NCBI GenBank assembly: GCA_902168185.1
Contig: CABHOV010000037.1
Location: 12,930-76,929 of the forward strand
Length of the DNA: 64,000 bases
Origin: an uncultured Bacteroides sp.
GTDB lineage: Bacteria; Bacteroidota; Bacteroidia; Cytophagales; Cyclobacteriaceae
Direction of reading: 5' to 3'
Shown: one piece after another, positions 33,160 to 42,838 of the stretch
How the letters are laid out: every line of letters begins with the position of its first letter
How positions within the stretch are numbered: position 1 is the stretch's first letter
Notes under the pieces: generated by a model
Told to the model about the DNA's origin: nothing
The model's input: the letters and a program-made list of their open reading frames with translations, nothing else
Databases searched by the model: none
Translations under genes and position numbers: made by a program

Positions 33160-36100
33160 GCGCTAACGGAATTACAATAGTGATCTCTGTACCTTTTCCA
33201 AGGGTACTCTTAATATCAATATAGCCTCTCAGCAAATCAAGGGCCTTGCGTATAATCGACAAGCCCAACCCGGTGCCTTCTACATCATTCGCATTGCTCG
33301 CCCTATAAAAAGGTTCAAAGAGATTCTTTATATCCTCTTCCGGTATACCAATGCCATTGTCCTTCACACGAATGGTTAACTTATTGGGCGCAGCGGTAAC
33401 GAACAAATCAACGTACCCACTACCGGGCGAAAACTTGATTGCATTCGTCAATACATTTATCACCATGGTTCTGATCAGTTTCTCATCCGTACTGATTGTA
33501 CCTGTAACTCCGTTGACATGAAGTTTTACAGTGTGTGTATTGCCAGTACTCTGCTCGATCTCATTTTTTAATTTTTCGAATGTCTCAAAAACATCAACCT
33601 GCGATACATGCACCACCAGTTTACCAGCTTCAGTTTTGCCGATCAGCAACACATCGTCCAGTAAGTGCGTCATGTGTCCAACTTGCTTTTCTATATTGTC
33701 CAATCGCTTGTCTACCTCTTCAGGCGTTATCTTCTGTTTATACTTCTTTATAAAACCGGATGCCAGCGAAATTGATGACAATGGTGTTCTGAATTCATGC
33801 GAGGCTATAGATACAAACCTGCTCTTCATCTCCACCAATTCTTTTTCCTTTTGCAACGCCTCGTTCAATTCGCGTGTACGATCATATACCATGCGCTCCA
33901 GGTTCTGCTTATATTCGATCAACTCCGTTATATTCTGACCAACGATGGTTGCGCCTACAATTTTATTTTCGGCATCTCTGCGAGGAGAAATGCTGAGCAG
34001 CAAGGACAGCTTTTGTTTTTTCTTGGAGAGCAATGGTAATTCAAAGTTGCTTACGGGAACACCATTCAGTGCATCCTTCATAATTGCCGTAACCACTTCG
34101 TGATACTCTGGTTCCAGCAGGTTGCTTACCCAATTTCTGCCGATCATTTCGGTTCTCGAAAAACCGGTGAGCTCAAATGAAACTCTGTTCCATTCGTTGA
34201 TCTTGCCATGCTGATCGATACCAAATATAGGTACATTTGCATTTTCGATTAAGCTTGACAACTCCCGGGCTATTGCCGTTAACGTACCTTCAAATTCTTT
34301 TTGCTCGGTTATATCATGTGCCTCGATGCAGTACCCTATAAACTTACCTTCCTCTGATTTCACAGGGCTAATTGTAGTCTTGAACCAGGCAGCTTCCAAC
34401 CCTCCGTTCTGAAGGTTGGCATCGTACGAAATCATCTCGCCATTCTCGACACGTTCCAGTAAATTGACAAACGCATTTTTTCGGTCATCACTTATATAGT
34501 CCAGTAAGTTTACACCTGTTTTAAGTTCCTGGTTGGTACGCAGCAATACATTCCTATAGTTGGATTTATTGAAGGCTATAATTTTATAATCCGGTGATAC
34601 CAGGGTAAAGGAGTCACGTGTGTTATCGAAAATAGCCTTCAGGTTTGCTTCCGATTCGCGAACTATATATTCCTGTTCTTTCTGCTGCGTGATATCAAAT
34701 GCAATAATAGCCACATGGGTAGTTTTTCCATCAGCCAACACAGGTTCGTAGCGTAGCGAATGATATACCGTTCCCGACTTTACATGAAAAGCCGCTGTGG
34801 TTTTAATGAACTTACCTTCGAGAGCTTCCTGGAACAATTGCTGCGAAGTTTCCTGGCGCTCCTTTACGGTAATATCCCATATATGCTTCCCGATAGCAGG
34901 CTTTACACCCGATGCATCCTCCATGAAATTTTCAAAGGCTTTGTTAAAGAGCAGTACCCTTCCATCGACATCGAGCAAAGCGATCATCTCCTGGGTGTTT
35001 GAAAATATAATATCCAGTTGCTGTTGATACCGTAGTATTATCTCTTCTGCTTTTTTCTGGTTGGTAATATCAACGATCAGACCCTCCTGCCGGAGAGGCC
35101 GCTCCTGCTCATCGTATACAATCCTGATCTTTTCAAAGAGCCAATGATAATTTTCACCACTTGTCTTAATGCGATAAGTACATTCCGCATAGCCCTCCCG
35201 TAGTACAGCTTGCAACGCTTCCTCTTTCAAAGTCCAATCATCTTCAGGTATATGCTCGCGCCAGTAATACGCATCGTTCATCATTTCGCTTTTTACCTGT
35301 TTACCTAACAACCGCCTAGCAGAGCGACTGAGGTAGTTCTTCCCTGTACGCGAAAGGTCTATAGACCAAATTATATCATTGGAGGAATCGAGTACCCGAT
35401 TCAGTTGCTCATCTTTTTGCCGGAGGATTGTTTGTGTCTGCTCGGAAATCTTTCGGTGAGCATCTTCTAATTTATTGTTCGTAGATTTTAGTTGCTCATT
35501 GATGGTAAGAATCTCCTCATTGCGAACGGCAAGCGCCTGATACGCATCACGTTTCTTTCGCCAGGATATAATGGCAATAACACTTGTCCACAACATCACC
35601 GCAAGGCTCGCCAGCAAAATATAGATATATAGCTGTTGCTGATCAAAACGCTGCCCTTGTGAATTTACATTCTGCTGAAGGCGCACGATATCATTTCGCT
35701 GCTCCTCCATTTTCATTTGTTGCAATTGCATTACTTTCACATTCCGGCTGTCAATGGGAGTTGTTTGCAGTATATTATCTTTTATATAGGGCTGGCCGTG
35801 TAAAATATTACTGGCTGTACGAATGGCTTCTTCGCCTCCTGTGGGATATAAAAATGTTGCTGTCAGTATTTTATCTTCCACCAGCTGCAGGCCACCACCG
35901 GGACCGGAAAGTCCATCAACGCCAATGAATTTGATGCTATCGGCACGCCCTTGTTTCTGACACAAGGTATATACGGAGTAGGCCATCACATCATTGTGTG
36001 CATATACTATATTAAAAGAAGGAAGAATACTTGCACTTTCACGGAATCTGTGTGCTGCAGTATCCTGCTCCCATTGCCCGTCTAACGAAGCAACTATTTT

Positions 36101-36649
36101 CAAATTCGGATATGGTGCAATGGCATCGCTAAAACCACGGTGTCTTTCAAGGGCAGGCGAAGATTCGCGCAAGCCCCATACTTCGAGTATAGTTCCATTC
36201 CCTTCGGATATCTCCGCAGCGAGCGCTCCGGCCAGCTTGCCGATCTCATAATTATCAGCTCCTATATATGCAGTATATTGCTCAGAATTGATTTTGCGAT
36301 CTACCATTACTACAGGTATACCTTTTTTATAGGCAAGCTCCACGGATGGTGTGATGGCATCAGCTTCATTAGGCGTAACGATAAGCAAATCGACTTTATC
36401 ATCAATAAAGCCCTCGATGTCCCTTCGTTGTTTTTCAGTATCGTTTTGAGCATCACGATACTCTAATTCGATGTCGGGGTGAAACAACAGCTCTGCATGC
36501 ATCGCAGCCAGCATCTGCTTCCGCCATAGATCGCTACCTGTACATTGCGCAAATCCAATCCTGAATTTTTTACTGCTGTTCTTCGGAGCGCAGCAAATCA
36601 AAAATCCAAAACATATTACTAATAGATAAATCCAATGGTGTATCCGCAT
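33152..36649 (-). CDS. Sensor histidine kinase with a periplasmic sugar-binding-protein (PBP type 1) domain, TM, ~4 PAS, HisKA, HATPase
   Basis: Signal/lipobox-like N-terminus (LVICFGFLICC). PBP1 pattern (FRIGFAQCTGSDLWRKQ...VDLLIVTPNEADA...IPVVMVDRK...GADNYEIGK). One TM at about residue 345. H-box FVSIASHEFRTPLSSI and HATPase (NVLTNAIKFS, DNGIGIP, GTGLGLSI). Confidence 0.85.
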   Translation of the reverse strand: MRIHHWIYLLVICFGFLICCAPKNSSKKFRIGFAQCTGSDLWRKQMLAAMHAELLFHPDIELEYRDAQNDTEKQRRDIEGFIDDKVDLLIVTPNEADAITPSVELAYKKGIPVVMVDRKINSEQYTAYIGADNYEIGKLAGALAAEISEGNGTILEVWGLRESSPALERHRGFSDAIAPYPNLKIVASLDGQWEQDTAAHRFRESASILPSFNIVYAHNDVMAYSVYTLCQKQGRADSIKFIGVDGLSGPGGGLQLVEDKILTATFLYPTGGEEAIRTASNILHGQPYIKDNILQTTPIDSRNVKVMQLQQMKMEEQRNDIVRLQQNVNSQGQRFDQQQLYIYILLASLAVMLWTSVIAIISWRKKRDAYQALAVRNEEILTINEQLKSTNNKLEDAHRKISEQTQTILRQKDEQLNRVLDSSNDIIWSIDLSRTGKNYLSRSARRLLGKQVKSEMMNDAYYWREHIPEDDWTLKEEALQAVLREGYAECTYRIKTSGENYHWLFEKIRIVYDEQERPLRQEGLIVDITNQKKAEEIILRYQQQLDIIFSNTQEMIALLDVDGRVLLFNKAFENFMEDASGVKPAIGKHIWDITVKERQETSQQLFQEALEGKFIKTTAAFHVKSGTVYHSLRYEPVLADGKTTHVAIIAFDITQQKEQEYIVRESEANLKAIFDNTRDSFTLVSPDYKIIAFNKSNYRNVLLRTNQELKTGVNLLDYISDDRKNAFVNLLERVENGEMISYDANLQNGGLEAAWFKTTISPVKSEEGKFIGYCIEAHDITEQKEFEGTLTAIARELSSLIENANVPIFGIDQHGKINEWNRVSFELTGFSRTEMIGRNWVSNLLEPEYHEVVTAIMKDALNGVPVSNFELPLLSKKKQKLSLLLSISPRRDAENKIVGATIVGQNITELIEYKQNLERMVYDRTRELNEALQKEKELVEMKSRFVSIASHEFRTPLSSISLASGFIKKYKQKITPEEVDKRLDNIEKQVGHMTHLLDDVLLIGKTEAGKLVVHVSQVDVFETFEKLKNEIEQSTGNTHTVKLHVNGVTGTISTDEKLIRTMVINVLTNAIKFSPGSGYVDLFVTAAPNKLTIRVKDNGIGIPEEDIKNLFEPFYRASNANDVEGTGLGLSIIRKALDLLRGYIDIKSTLGKGTEITIVIPLAHA

Positions 36650-37055
36650 CTTATATAAATTCAGATCAACATCAACGTATTTTTATAACTGATCAAAACA
36701 TTAATAGAATTATATAATCAGGAATGAATAGTGGATAGCTACTATTCATTTTCGTTCGATCAAATTACTCTAGAAAGTAGTGATTTATCAGATATAAAAA
36801 AAATATATCAGCAGGCACTTTATGAAAAGGTATAAAAAACTGTAGCCAAGTAGTTAGATGTATAAAAGCATACCAGACGCATTCAAATAAGTGTCATGCT
36901 ATCACTTTTTGAATTCATGATCAATGTTTAACCTTTCATTTATGACACTTCAAAAGATGCATATGTATGTGCAACAAAAATGTATAACGCGCGGGCTTAA
37001 GTCAATATATATACCGATACGCAGCTTGAATTGCTATTTTTGACTTAATGTGGTT

Positions 37056-37544
37056 CTATTTCTCTCCTCTTACACGGAGTTCGTCTTCTTCCTCCATTTT
37101 ATCAATCTTCTCTTCGTGGAGTTCTTCTGCTTCTTCTATGGAATGCGTCTGTTGCATATTTATTTCCTGCTTACTCATGGTGGCGAGCTTAGCATAAAAT
37201 TTCTGCAATACCTTTAACTCTTCTTCGGTAAGATCTTCCACGGACACAAGCCTATTACTGGCTTTACTATGTGCCGCTACGAGTTCGTTTAGTTTTAAAT
37301 GAATGGCTATCGATTCTTTATTCTGACTCCGCTGAATGAGAAAGACCATCAGAAAAGTAATGATCGTTGTGCCTGTGTTAATAACCAGTTGCCACGTATC
37401 CGAGTAGTTAAATATGGGGCCGGTAATCAACCACATCAATATTAGCGAAACTGCTACAAGAAAAGCTGTAGAACTTCCTGCTGCGTACGTTACTACAGAA
37501 GAAAACTTTTCGAGTGGGGTAATTTTTTTACATGTTGTGTTCAT
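37056..37544 (-). CDS. Low-affinity iron permease family (Fet4-like small membrane protein)
   Basis: The hallmark stretch FNYSDTWQLVINTGTTIITFLMVFLIQRSQNKES is typical of this family. Confidence 0.75.
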   Translation of the reverse strand: MNTTCKKITPLEKFSSVVTYAAGSSTAFLVAVSLILMWLITGPIFNYSDTWQLVINTGTTIITFLMVFLIQRSQNKESIAIHLKLNELVAAHSKASNRLVSVEDLTEEELKVLQKFYAKLATMSKQEINMQQTHSIEEAEELHEEKIDKMEEEDELRVRGEK

Positions 37545-37676
37545 GACGGTTCTGTTTACTTCATTTTTCTGTCATAACAAGTGTTTAAAATTCTATTCCC
37601 GTTTTTATATACACTTCCACAAGTAAGCGCGGCACCATTTTTTTACTTGTTTCATTCAGATAAACTGAATATCCAT

Positions 37677-37859
37677 ATGAAACAGCAAACAAAATCGGAT
37701 TCTCAGAATGCGAAGAAATCCACCACTAAAAAAGATCAGCCAAATGCGAAGCAAGGAACGGGATCTGATATCTCTACGAACTCTTCCAAAGAAGACAAGA
37801 ACAAACCTAAGCGACTAGGCGAATCAGAAACCGAAATTACGGACGAGACAACGATCTAA
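37677..37859 (+). CDS. Small (60 aa) highly hydrophilic K/S/T/D-rich protein, hypothetical
   Basis: The ATG at 37677 gives MKQQTKSDSQNAKKSTTKKDQPNAKQGTGSD...GESETEITDETTI, with no hydrophobic core. It lies 50 nt upstream of the DUF748-like gene. The upstream part of track ORF 37581-37859 looks non-coding. Confidence 0.4.
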   Translation: MKQQTKSDSQNAKKSTTKKDQPNAKQGTGSDISTNSSKEDKNKPKRLGESETEITDETTI

Positions 37860-37908
37860 TTCTCAACCTACTATATATAGTACCTAAAATACTATACAAA
37901 CTATATTC

Positions 37909-39117
37909 ATGACATCGAAGAAAAAAAAAATTATCTGGTTTTTTATTATTGCTCTCGGACTGCTGGTGATTGTTCGTGTGATACTGCCGTATGTGGTGCT
38001 GCACTATTTAAATAAGACACTGGCAACCATGGAAGGCTATTACGGCCATGCCGATGATATTGATATAGCTTTAATACGGGGTGCCTATACTATTGACAGT
38101 ATATACCTGAATAAACTCGACAGCACTACTGAGAAGCAGACACCATTTTTTGGAGCTTCAGAAATTGACCTTTCCGTAGAATGGAAAGCGTTGTTCCATG
38201 GTTCTATCGTTGGAGAGCTTGTATTCGAAGATGCGCTGTTGCGTTTTACGAAAGATAAAGTTGAACCCAAAGAAATACAAAGTGATTCGAGTAGTTTCAA
38301 GGACTTGCTGGATGATTTTATGCCGCTGCAGGTAAACCGTGTTGAAATAAACAACGGCAGCATTCAGTATATAGATAAAACTTCGAAACCTCCTGTAGAT
38401 ATCCAACTTAGCAATGCATATCTCTTAGCCCAAAATCTCCGGAACAGTTATGACTCTTCGGTTGTGTTGCCTGCATCGCTAACGGCTCATGCCAATATAT
38501 ATGAAGGTGAGCTTGCGTTGAATGTAAAGTTAAATCCGCTGGCAGATGACCCTACATTCGATATGAACGCTGAAATAAAAAATACAAACTTGGTAAAGCT
38601 TAATGACTTTTTTAAAGCGTATGCTAAAATAGATGTAAACAAAGGAAGGTTTGGTCTCTATACAGAAGTAGCCGCGAAAGAAGGAAAATTTGCCGGGTAT
38701 GTAAAGCCTTTGATACAAGACCTGGATGTATTAGGTAAAGAAGATCGAAAGGACAATGTTCTTCGAAAAATATGGGAAGGATTAGCGGGTACAGCAGGTG
38801 AAATTTTCGAAAATCAAGGTAAAGATCAAGTAGCAACTAAAGTTCCTTTTGAGGGTAACCTGAAAAACCCGGATACAAATGTATGGTATGCGTTAAGTAG
38901 CATTCTTCAAAATGCATTTATCCGTGCTATACAACCTTCCATTGACCAAGAGATAAACATTGCTACTGTAGATACGCAGAAAGACGAAAAGAAAAATATC
39001 CTGCAAAAAATCTTCGGAAAGAAAGACGATAAGGACAAGAGTAAGGAAGAAGAAAAAGGGAAAGACAAGAAAAAAGAGGATGACAATAAAGATGACAATA
39101 AAGACAAGAAAAGCTAA
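37909..39117 (+). CDS. DUF748-like (AsmA-related) membrane-anchored protein with a K/D/E-rich tail
   Basis: N-terminal TM (IIWFFIIALGLLVIVRVIL) followed by a DUF748-like start (YLNKTLATMEGYYGHADDIDIALIRGAYTIDSIYLNK). The C-terminal 60 aa are low complexity (KDDKDKSKEEEKGKDKKKEDDNKDDNKDKKS). Confidence 0.55.
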   Translation: MTSKKKKIIWFFIIALGLLVIVRVILPYVVLHYLNKTLATMEGYYGHADDIDIALIRGAYTIDSIYLNKLDSTTEKQTPFFGASEIDLSVEWKALFHGSIVGELVFEDALLRFTKDKVEPKEIQSDSSSFKDLLDDFMPLQVNRVEINNGSIQYIDKTSKPPVDIQLSNAYLLAQNLRNSYDSSVVLPASLTAHANIYEGELALNVKLNPLADDPTFDMNAEIKNTNLVKLNDFFKAYAKIDVNKGRFGLYTEVAAKEGKFAGYVKPLIQDLDVLGKEDRKDNVLRKIWEGLAGTAGEIFENQGKDQVATKVPFEGNLKNPDTNVWYALSSILQNAFIRAIQPSIDQEINIATVDTQKDEKKNILQKIFGKKDDKDKSKEEEKGKDKKKEDDNKDDNKDKKS

Positions 39118-39159
39118 CTCTTGCATTTACTCCACTCCAACCAGATATACACCACCAGT

Positions 39160-40989
39160 CTACATCGTTTTATATACCAGAACCTGTAAAGGTTCTACCT
39201 GCATATTTTTACCAGCATTGATCTGTACTGCAGAAATAGCTTGTGAATTTCCATCGACACTCCACTCCCCTTCTCTTGAATCAAGTATCCGCTCCCAGCG
39301 CTCGCCATACGCAGGCATAGTATATAAAAAACCTTGCTCCGAAAAATTAAACAGGCAGAGTATATTCTCATGTTCACGCTTTCGATGAAGTGATATACCT
39401 TTCTCTCCCACAACGTGCGCCAGCGTATCCTTCTTATCCATGTTCTGCAATGCTTCATAGGTAGTTCGCAGGGAAATCAGTTTTTTATGCCATCGCAGAA
39501 TGGCAGCATGCTTCCCTTCATTTCGCTTTTGCCATTTTAACTTGGAATCATGAAACGTTTCTGGCGCATAGGCATCCGGTGGTTCTCCCTCTGATTTAAA
39601 AGGAGCAAACTCTTTCTTTCTGCCTTCGCGCACAGCCTCGATCAACTTCGGATCTTCATGACTGATAAAATAAAAAAAAGGCGATTCATCTGCATACTCC
39701 TCTCCCATAAACAACATCGGTATATAGGGAGAAAGCAGGAATGCTGCTGCCGCTAATTTCAGTCTTTCAAAATCAAGTAAAGAACACAATCGTTCGCCAC
39801 GCACGCGGTTTCCTACCTGGTCGTGATTCATTGTAAAAACTACAAAACGATTGCCAGGCACTCCTTCAGAAGACGACCCGTATCTTCTCTTTCTGAATTT
39901 TACAAATTCACCGCTCAATACGAAACCTTCGTTATAGGCTTTTTGTAATTGTTCGATTGAACCAAAATCTTCATATCGGCTTTTACCGTTTTTATCCAGC
40001 AATACATATAGTGCATGGTGGAAATCATCCAGCCATTGAGCATCGAATCCATACCCTCCGTCTTCTGGTGACTTGATTACTTTCGTACTATTCAAATCGC
40101 TTTCGGCAATCATATATAGCGGGCGTGCTATCTTTTTCTCGAGGGTCTTTACTTTCGTATTTACCTGTTCCCAGAAATGTACAGCACTGGTATCAAATAC
40201 CGTATGGATAGCATCGACACGCAGTGCATCAAAGTGGAATTGCGAAAACCAATATATAGGGTTGCTGGAAAAATAATCACGAACCCCATCCGACCATTCA
40301 CCATCATAATTTATAGCCTGACCCCACGGAGTTCTATAGGTGTCCGTAAAGTACTGTGCGTATTCACTGAAGCAGTTTCCTTCGGGGCCTATATGATTAT
40401 ATACAACATCCAGTATTACAGCCATGCCTTTTTTATGACACGCGTTCACGAGCTTCTTTAATCCTTCCGGCCCACCGTATGAATTCTGTACGGCATACGG
40501 AAATACGCCATCATATCCCCAATTACGCTCCCCGGAAAATTGTGACACCGGCATGATCTGTATAGCATTTATTCCGGTATCCAGAAGATCATCGAGTTGT
40601 TGCATAGCGGCTTCAAACGTACCTGCCTGGGTAAATGTGCCGATATGCATTTCGTAAATAATATAGTCTTGCAAAGGTATACCACGCCACGCCTGGTCCT
40701 CCCACTCAAACGCATAATGATCTACTACTTCAGAAGGACCTTTAACACCCAGGGGTTGATAATGTGAAGCTGGATCCGGAACATCCTTTTTTCCATCGGG
40801 CATAAAAAAATAACGTGTGCCGGGGTCTATATTTTTTAATGTAGTATAAAAATATCCCGAGGCATCCTTTTCCATTTCAACGGTTCGCTCCTCCGGTGAA
40901 ACGATGTGCAACAACATCGTTTTCTTTTCCGGAGCCCATACCGAAAAAGCACATTTATGAGTCGAAAACTCAGAACCGAAAATTCTCAT
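39160..40989 (-). CDS. treZ: Malto-oligosyltrehalose trehalohydrolase (GH13)
   Basis: N-terminal E-set (FSVWAPEKKTMLLHIV), GH13 regions (DVVYNHIGPEGN, FDALRVDAIH, MIAESDLN, NHDQVGNR), and a TreZ-typical length of 609 aa. Confidence 0.8.
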   Translation of the reverse strand: MRIFGSEFSTHKCAFSVWAPEKKTMLLHIVSPEERTVEMEKDASGYFYTTLKNIDPGTRYFFMPDGKKDVPDPASHYQPLGVKGPSEVVDHYAFEWEDQAWRGIPLQDYIIYEMHIGTFTQAGTFEAAMQQLDDLLDTGINAIQIMPVSQFSGERNWGYDGVFPYAVQNSYGGPEGLKKLVNACHKKGMAVILDVVYNHIGPEGNCFSEYAQYFTDTYRTPWGQAINYDGEWSDGVRDYFSSNPIYWFSQFHFDALRVDAIHTVFDTSAVHFWEQVNTKVKTLEKKIARPLYMIAESDLNSTKVIKSPEDGGYGFDAQWLDDFHHALYVLLDKNGKSRYEDFGSIEQLQKAYNEGFVLSGEFVKFRKRRYGSSSEGVPGNRFVVFTMNHDQVGNRVRGERLCSLLDFERLKLAAAAFLLSPYIPMLFMGEEYADESPFFYFISHEDPKLIEAVREGRKKEFAPFKSEGEPPDAYAPETFHDSKLKWQKRNEGKHAAILRWHKKLISLRTTYEALQNMDKKDTLAHVVGEKGISLHRKREHENILCLFNFSEQGFLYTMPAYGERWERILDSREGEWSVDGNSQAISAVQINAGKNMQVEPLQVLVYKTM

Positions 40990-41025
40990 ATTCTATATAT
41001 GCCAAGACCGTTTAGACGCTGTATA

Positions 41026-42651
41026 TTAATTATCAAGTTTAACCACTATGCCTTCGTCTCCACTGAGACTGATTGTATTTTCAACGACTATATTTTCCAG
41101 CTCCGGAGATGTTGACACTAGGATGACGCCTTTCATAGGCTCACTACCCTGTCTGAAATAGCATGGACGGTGGCTGAGATTTAACAGTATAAGCAATCGC
41201 GGCGATCCTTCACGATGGCGAATATAGGCGATCATCTGGTGATCAGAATATACCGGTATATAACTTCCATCGATGAGTGATGGCTCTTCATCGCGCAAGC
41301 GAATCAGCTTTCGGTACAATGAAAGCATAGAATATATATCTTCACGCTGCGACTGAACGTTTACTGTCAGGAAATTCCGATCGAGTCGCAACCAGGGTTT
41401 ACCGGTGGTAAATCCACCTTGCTCACTGTTGTTCCACTGCATCGGTGTTCGTGCAGGATCACGACTTAAATTTTTATCGGGCATGTTCAATCCTTGTGGA
41501 TCTTGTATTTCGTCAACCGGAATTGGTACATCACGCATTCCGATTTCATCACCATAATATATAGTTGGCGTACCGCGCAAGGTCAATAATAACATCGCGG
41601 CTACACGTGCCTGTTGTGAACCGATACGGCTGGCAATACGTGGTTGATCGTGATTGCCCAGTACCCAGTTTGGCCAACCTTGTGAAGGTAAAGCCCCTTC
41701 ATATTCTCCTATAGCAGCAGAAATTTTTCGAGCTTCCCAAGGGAGTGTTAACAATTGAAAATTGAATGGCAGATGTGCGCCCTGGTTATCTTTACCATAG
41801 TAGGTTACCAGTTTATGGATTGGCAAGTATATTTCACCAATCAGCATACGCTCGTGATACTTGTCGAGCAACGCCCGCATGTCCCGTACGATGTCGTGTA
41901 CTTCCGGTTGATCGGTTGAATATACCGGCAACAACTGATCATACGTTGCCATATAGGGTTGGTAATCCTGGTTCACAGGATTGTCGCGTAACTTTTCATC
42001 TTTGATCATGTGCCACATCACATCCACCCGGAAGCCGTCCACTCCTTTGTCAAGCCAGAAGCGCATTGCCTCAAGCATTGCTTTTTGTACTTCCGGATTA
42101 CGCCAATTCAAATCGGGTTGCTCTTTGAGAAAAGCATGATAATAATATTGTTGAGTCGATTCATCCCATTCCCATGCTGTGCCACCAAAGGCAGCAAGCC
42201 AGTTGTTGGGAGGGCTGCCATCTGCACGAGCATCCTTCCATATATACCAGTCTCGTTTGGGATTATTGCGTGAAGAGCGGGATTCGATAAACCACGGATG
42301 CTGATCGGAAGTATGATTGGGCACGAAGTCTAAAATAAGTTTCATGCCGCGTGCATGAATTTCTTTTAGCAATTGATCGAAATCCTGAAGCGTGCCAAAG
42401 AGCGGATGTACATTCGTGTAATCGGAAATGTCATATCCGAAGTCTGCCATCGGTGACGGGTATATTGGGGAAATCCACACAGCGCGTATTCCCAGCCACT
42501 TGAGATAATCAAGCCGGGCAATTATACCTTGCAGATCGCCAACGCCATCACCATTACCGTCCTGAAATGAACGCGGGTATATTTGGTAAACTACTCCGCT
42601 CTGCCACCATAACTTTTTAGACTGATCATTTTCCATTGTCATACCGATCAT
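41026..42651 (-). CDS. GH13 alpha-glucosidase / oligo-1,6-glucosidase-like
   Basis: WWQSGVVYQIYPRSFQDGNGDGVGDLQGI, DFVPNHTS, GFRVDVMWH, IGEIY and GNHDQPR. There are three in-frame ATGs in the first six codons, so the start is uncertain by up to 15 nt. Confidence 0.85.
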   Translation of the reverse strand: MIGMTMENDQSKKLWWQSGVVYQIYPRSFQDGNGDGVGDLQGIIARLDYLKWLGIRAVWISPIYPSPMADFGYDISDYTNVHPLFGTLQDFDQLLKEIHARGMKLILDFVPNHTSDQHPWFIESRSSRNNPKRDWYIWKDARADGSPPNNWLAAFGGTAWEWDESTQQYYYHAFLKEQPDLNWRNPEVQKAMLEAMRFWLDKGVDGFRVDVMWHMIKDEKLRDNPVNQDYQPYMATYDQLLPVYSTDQPEVHDIVRDMRALLDKYHERMLIGEIYLPIHKLVTYYGKDNQGAHLPFNFQLLTLPWEARKISAAIGEYEGALPSQGWPNWVLGNHDQPRIASRIGSQQARVAAMLLLTLRGTPTIYYGDEIGMRDVPIPVDEIQDPQGLNMPDKNLSRDPARTPMQWNNSEQGGFTTGKPWLRLDRNFLTVNVQSQREDIYSMLSLYRKLIRLRDEEPSLIDGSYIPVYSDHQMIAYIRHREGSPRLLILLNLSHRPCYFRQGSEPMKGVILVSTSPELENIVVENTISLSGDEGIVVKLDN

Positions 42652-42776
42652 TCAGCAAAAAGCTGTGCCTTGTCAGATTGATTAATTTCTGTGGAGTTTT
42701 ATAAACGGAAAAAAAATTGAAGCGGAAAAAATTGTGCCTGCAGGCGCTGTATAGAAGTGAACAAAAACTGAGTCAA

Positions 42777-42811
42777 AGAAAAAAGCTTTGATATGTTGCC
42801 ACACCAAAGCT
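42777..42811 (-). terminator. Rho-independent terminator after the aldo/keto reductase gene
   Basis: On the minus strand, the stem AGCTTTG/CAAAGCT (14-nt loop) is followed by TTTTTTCTTT, 28 nt after the stop at 42839. Confidence 0.6.
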
Positions 42812-42838
42812 CCTTATAAATTGTAATGACGGATTTGA

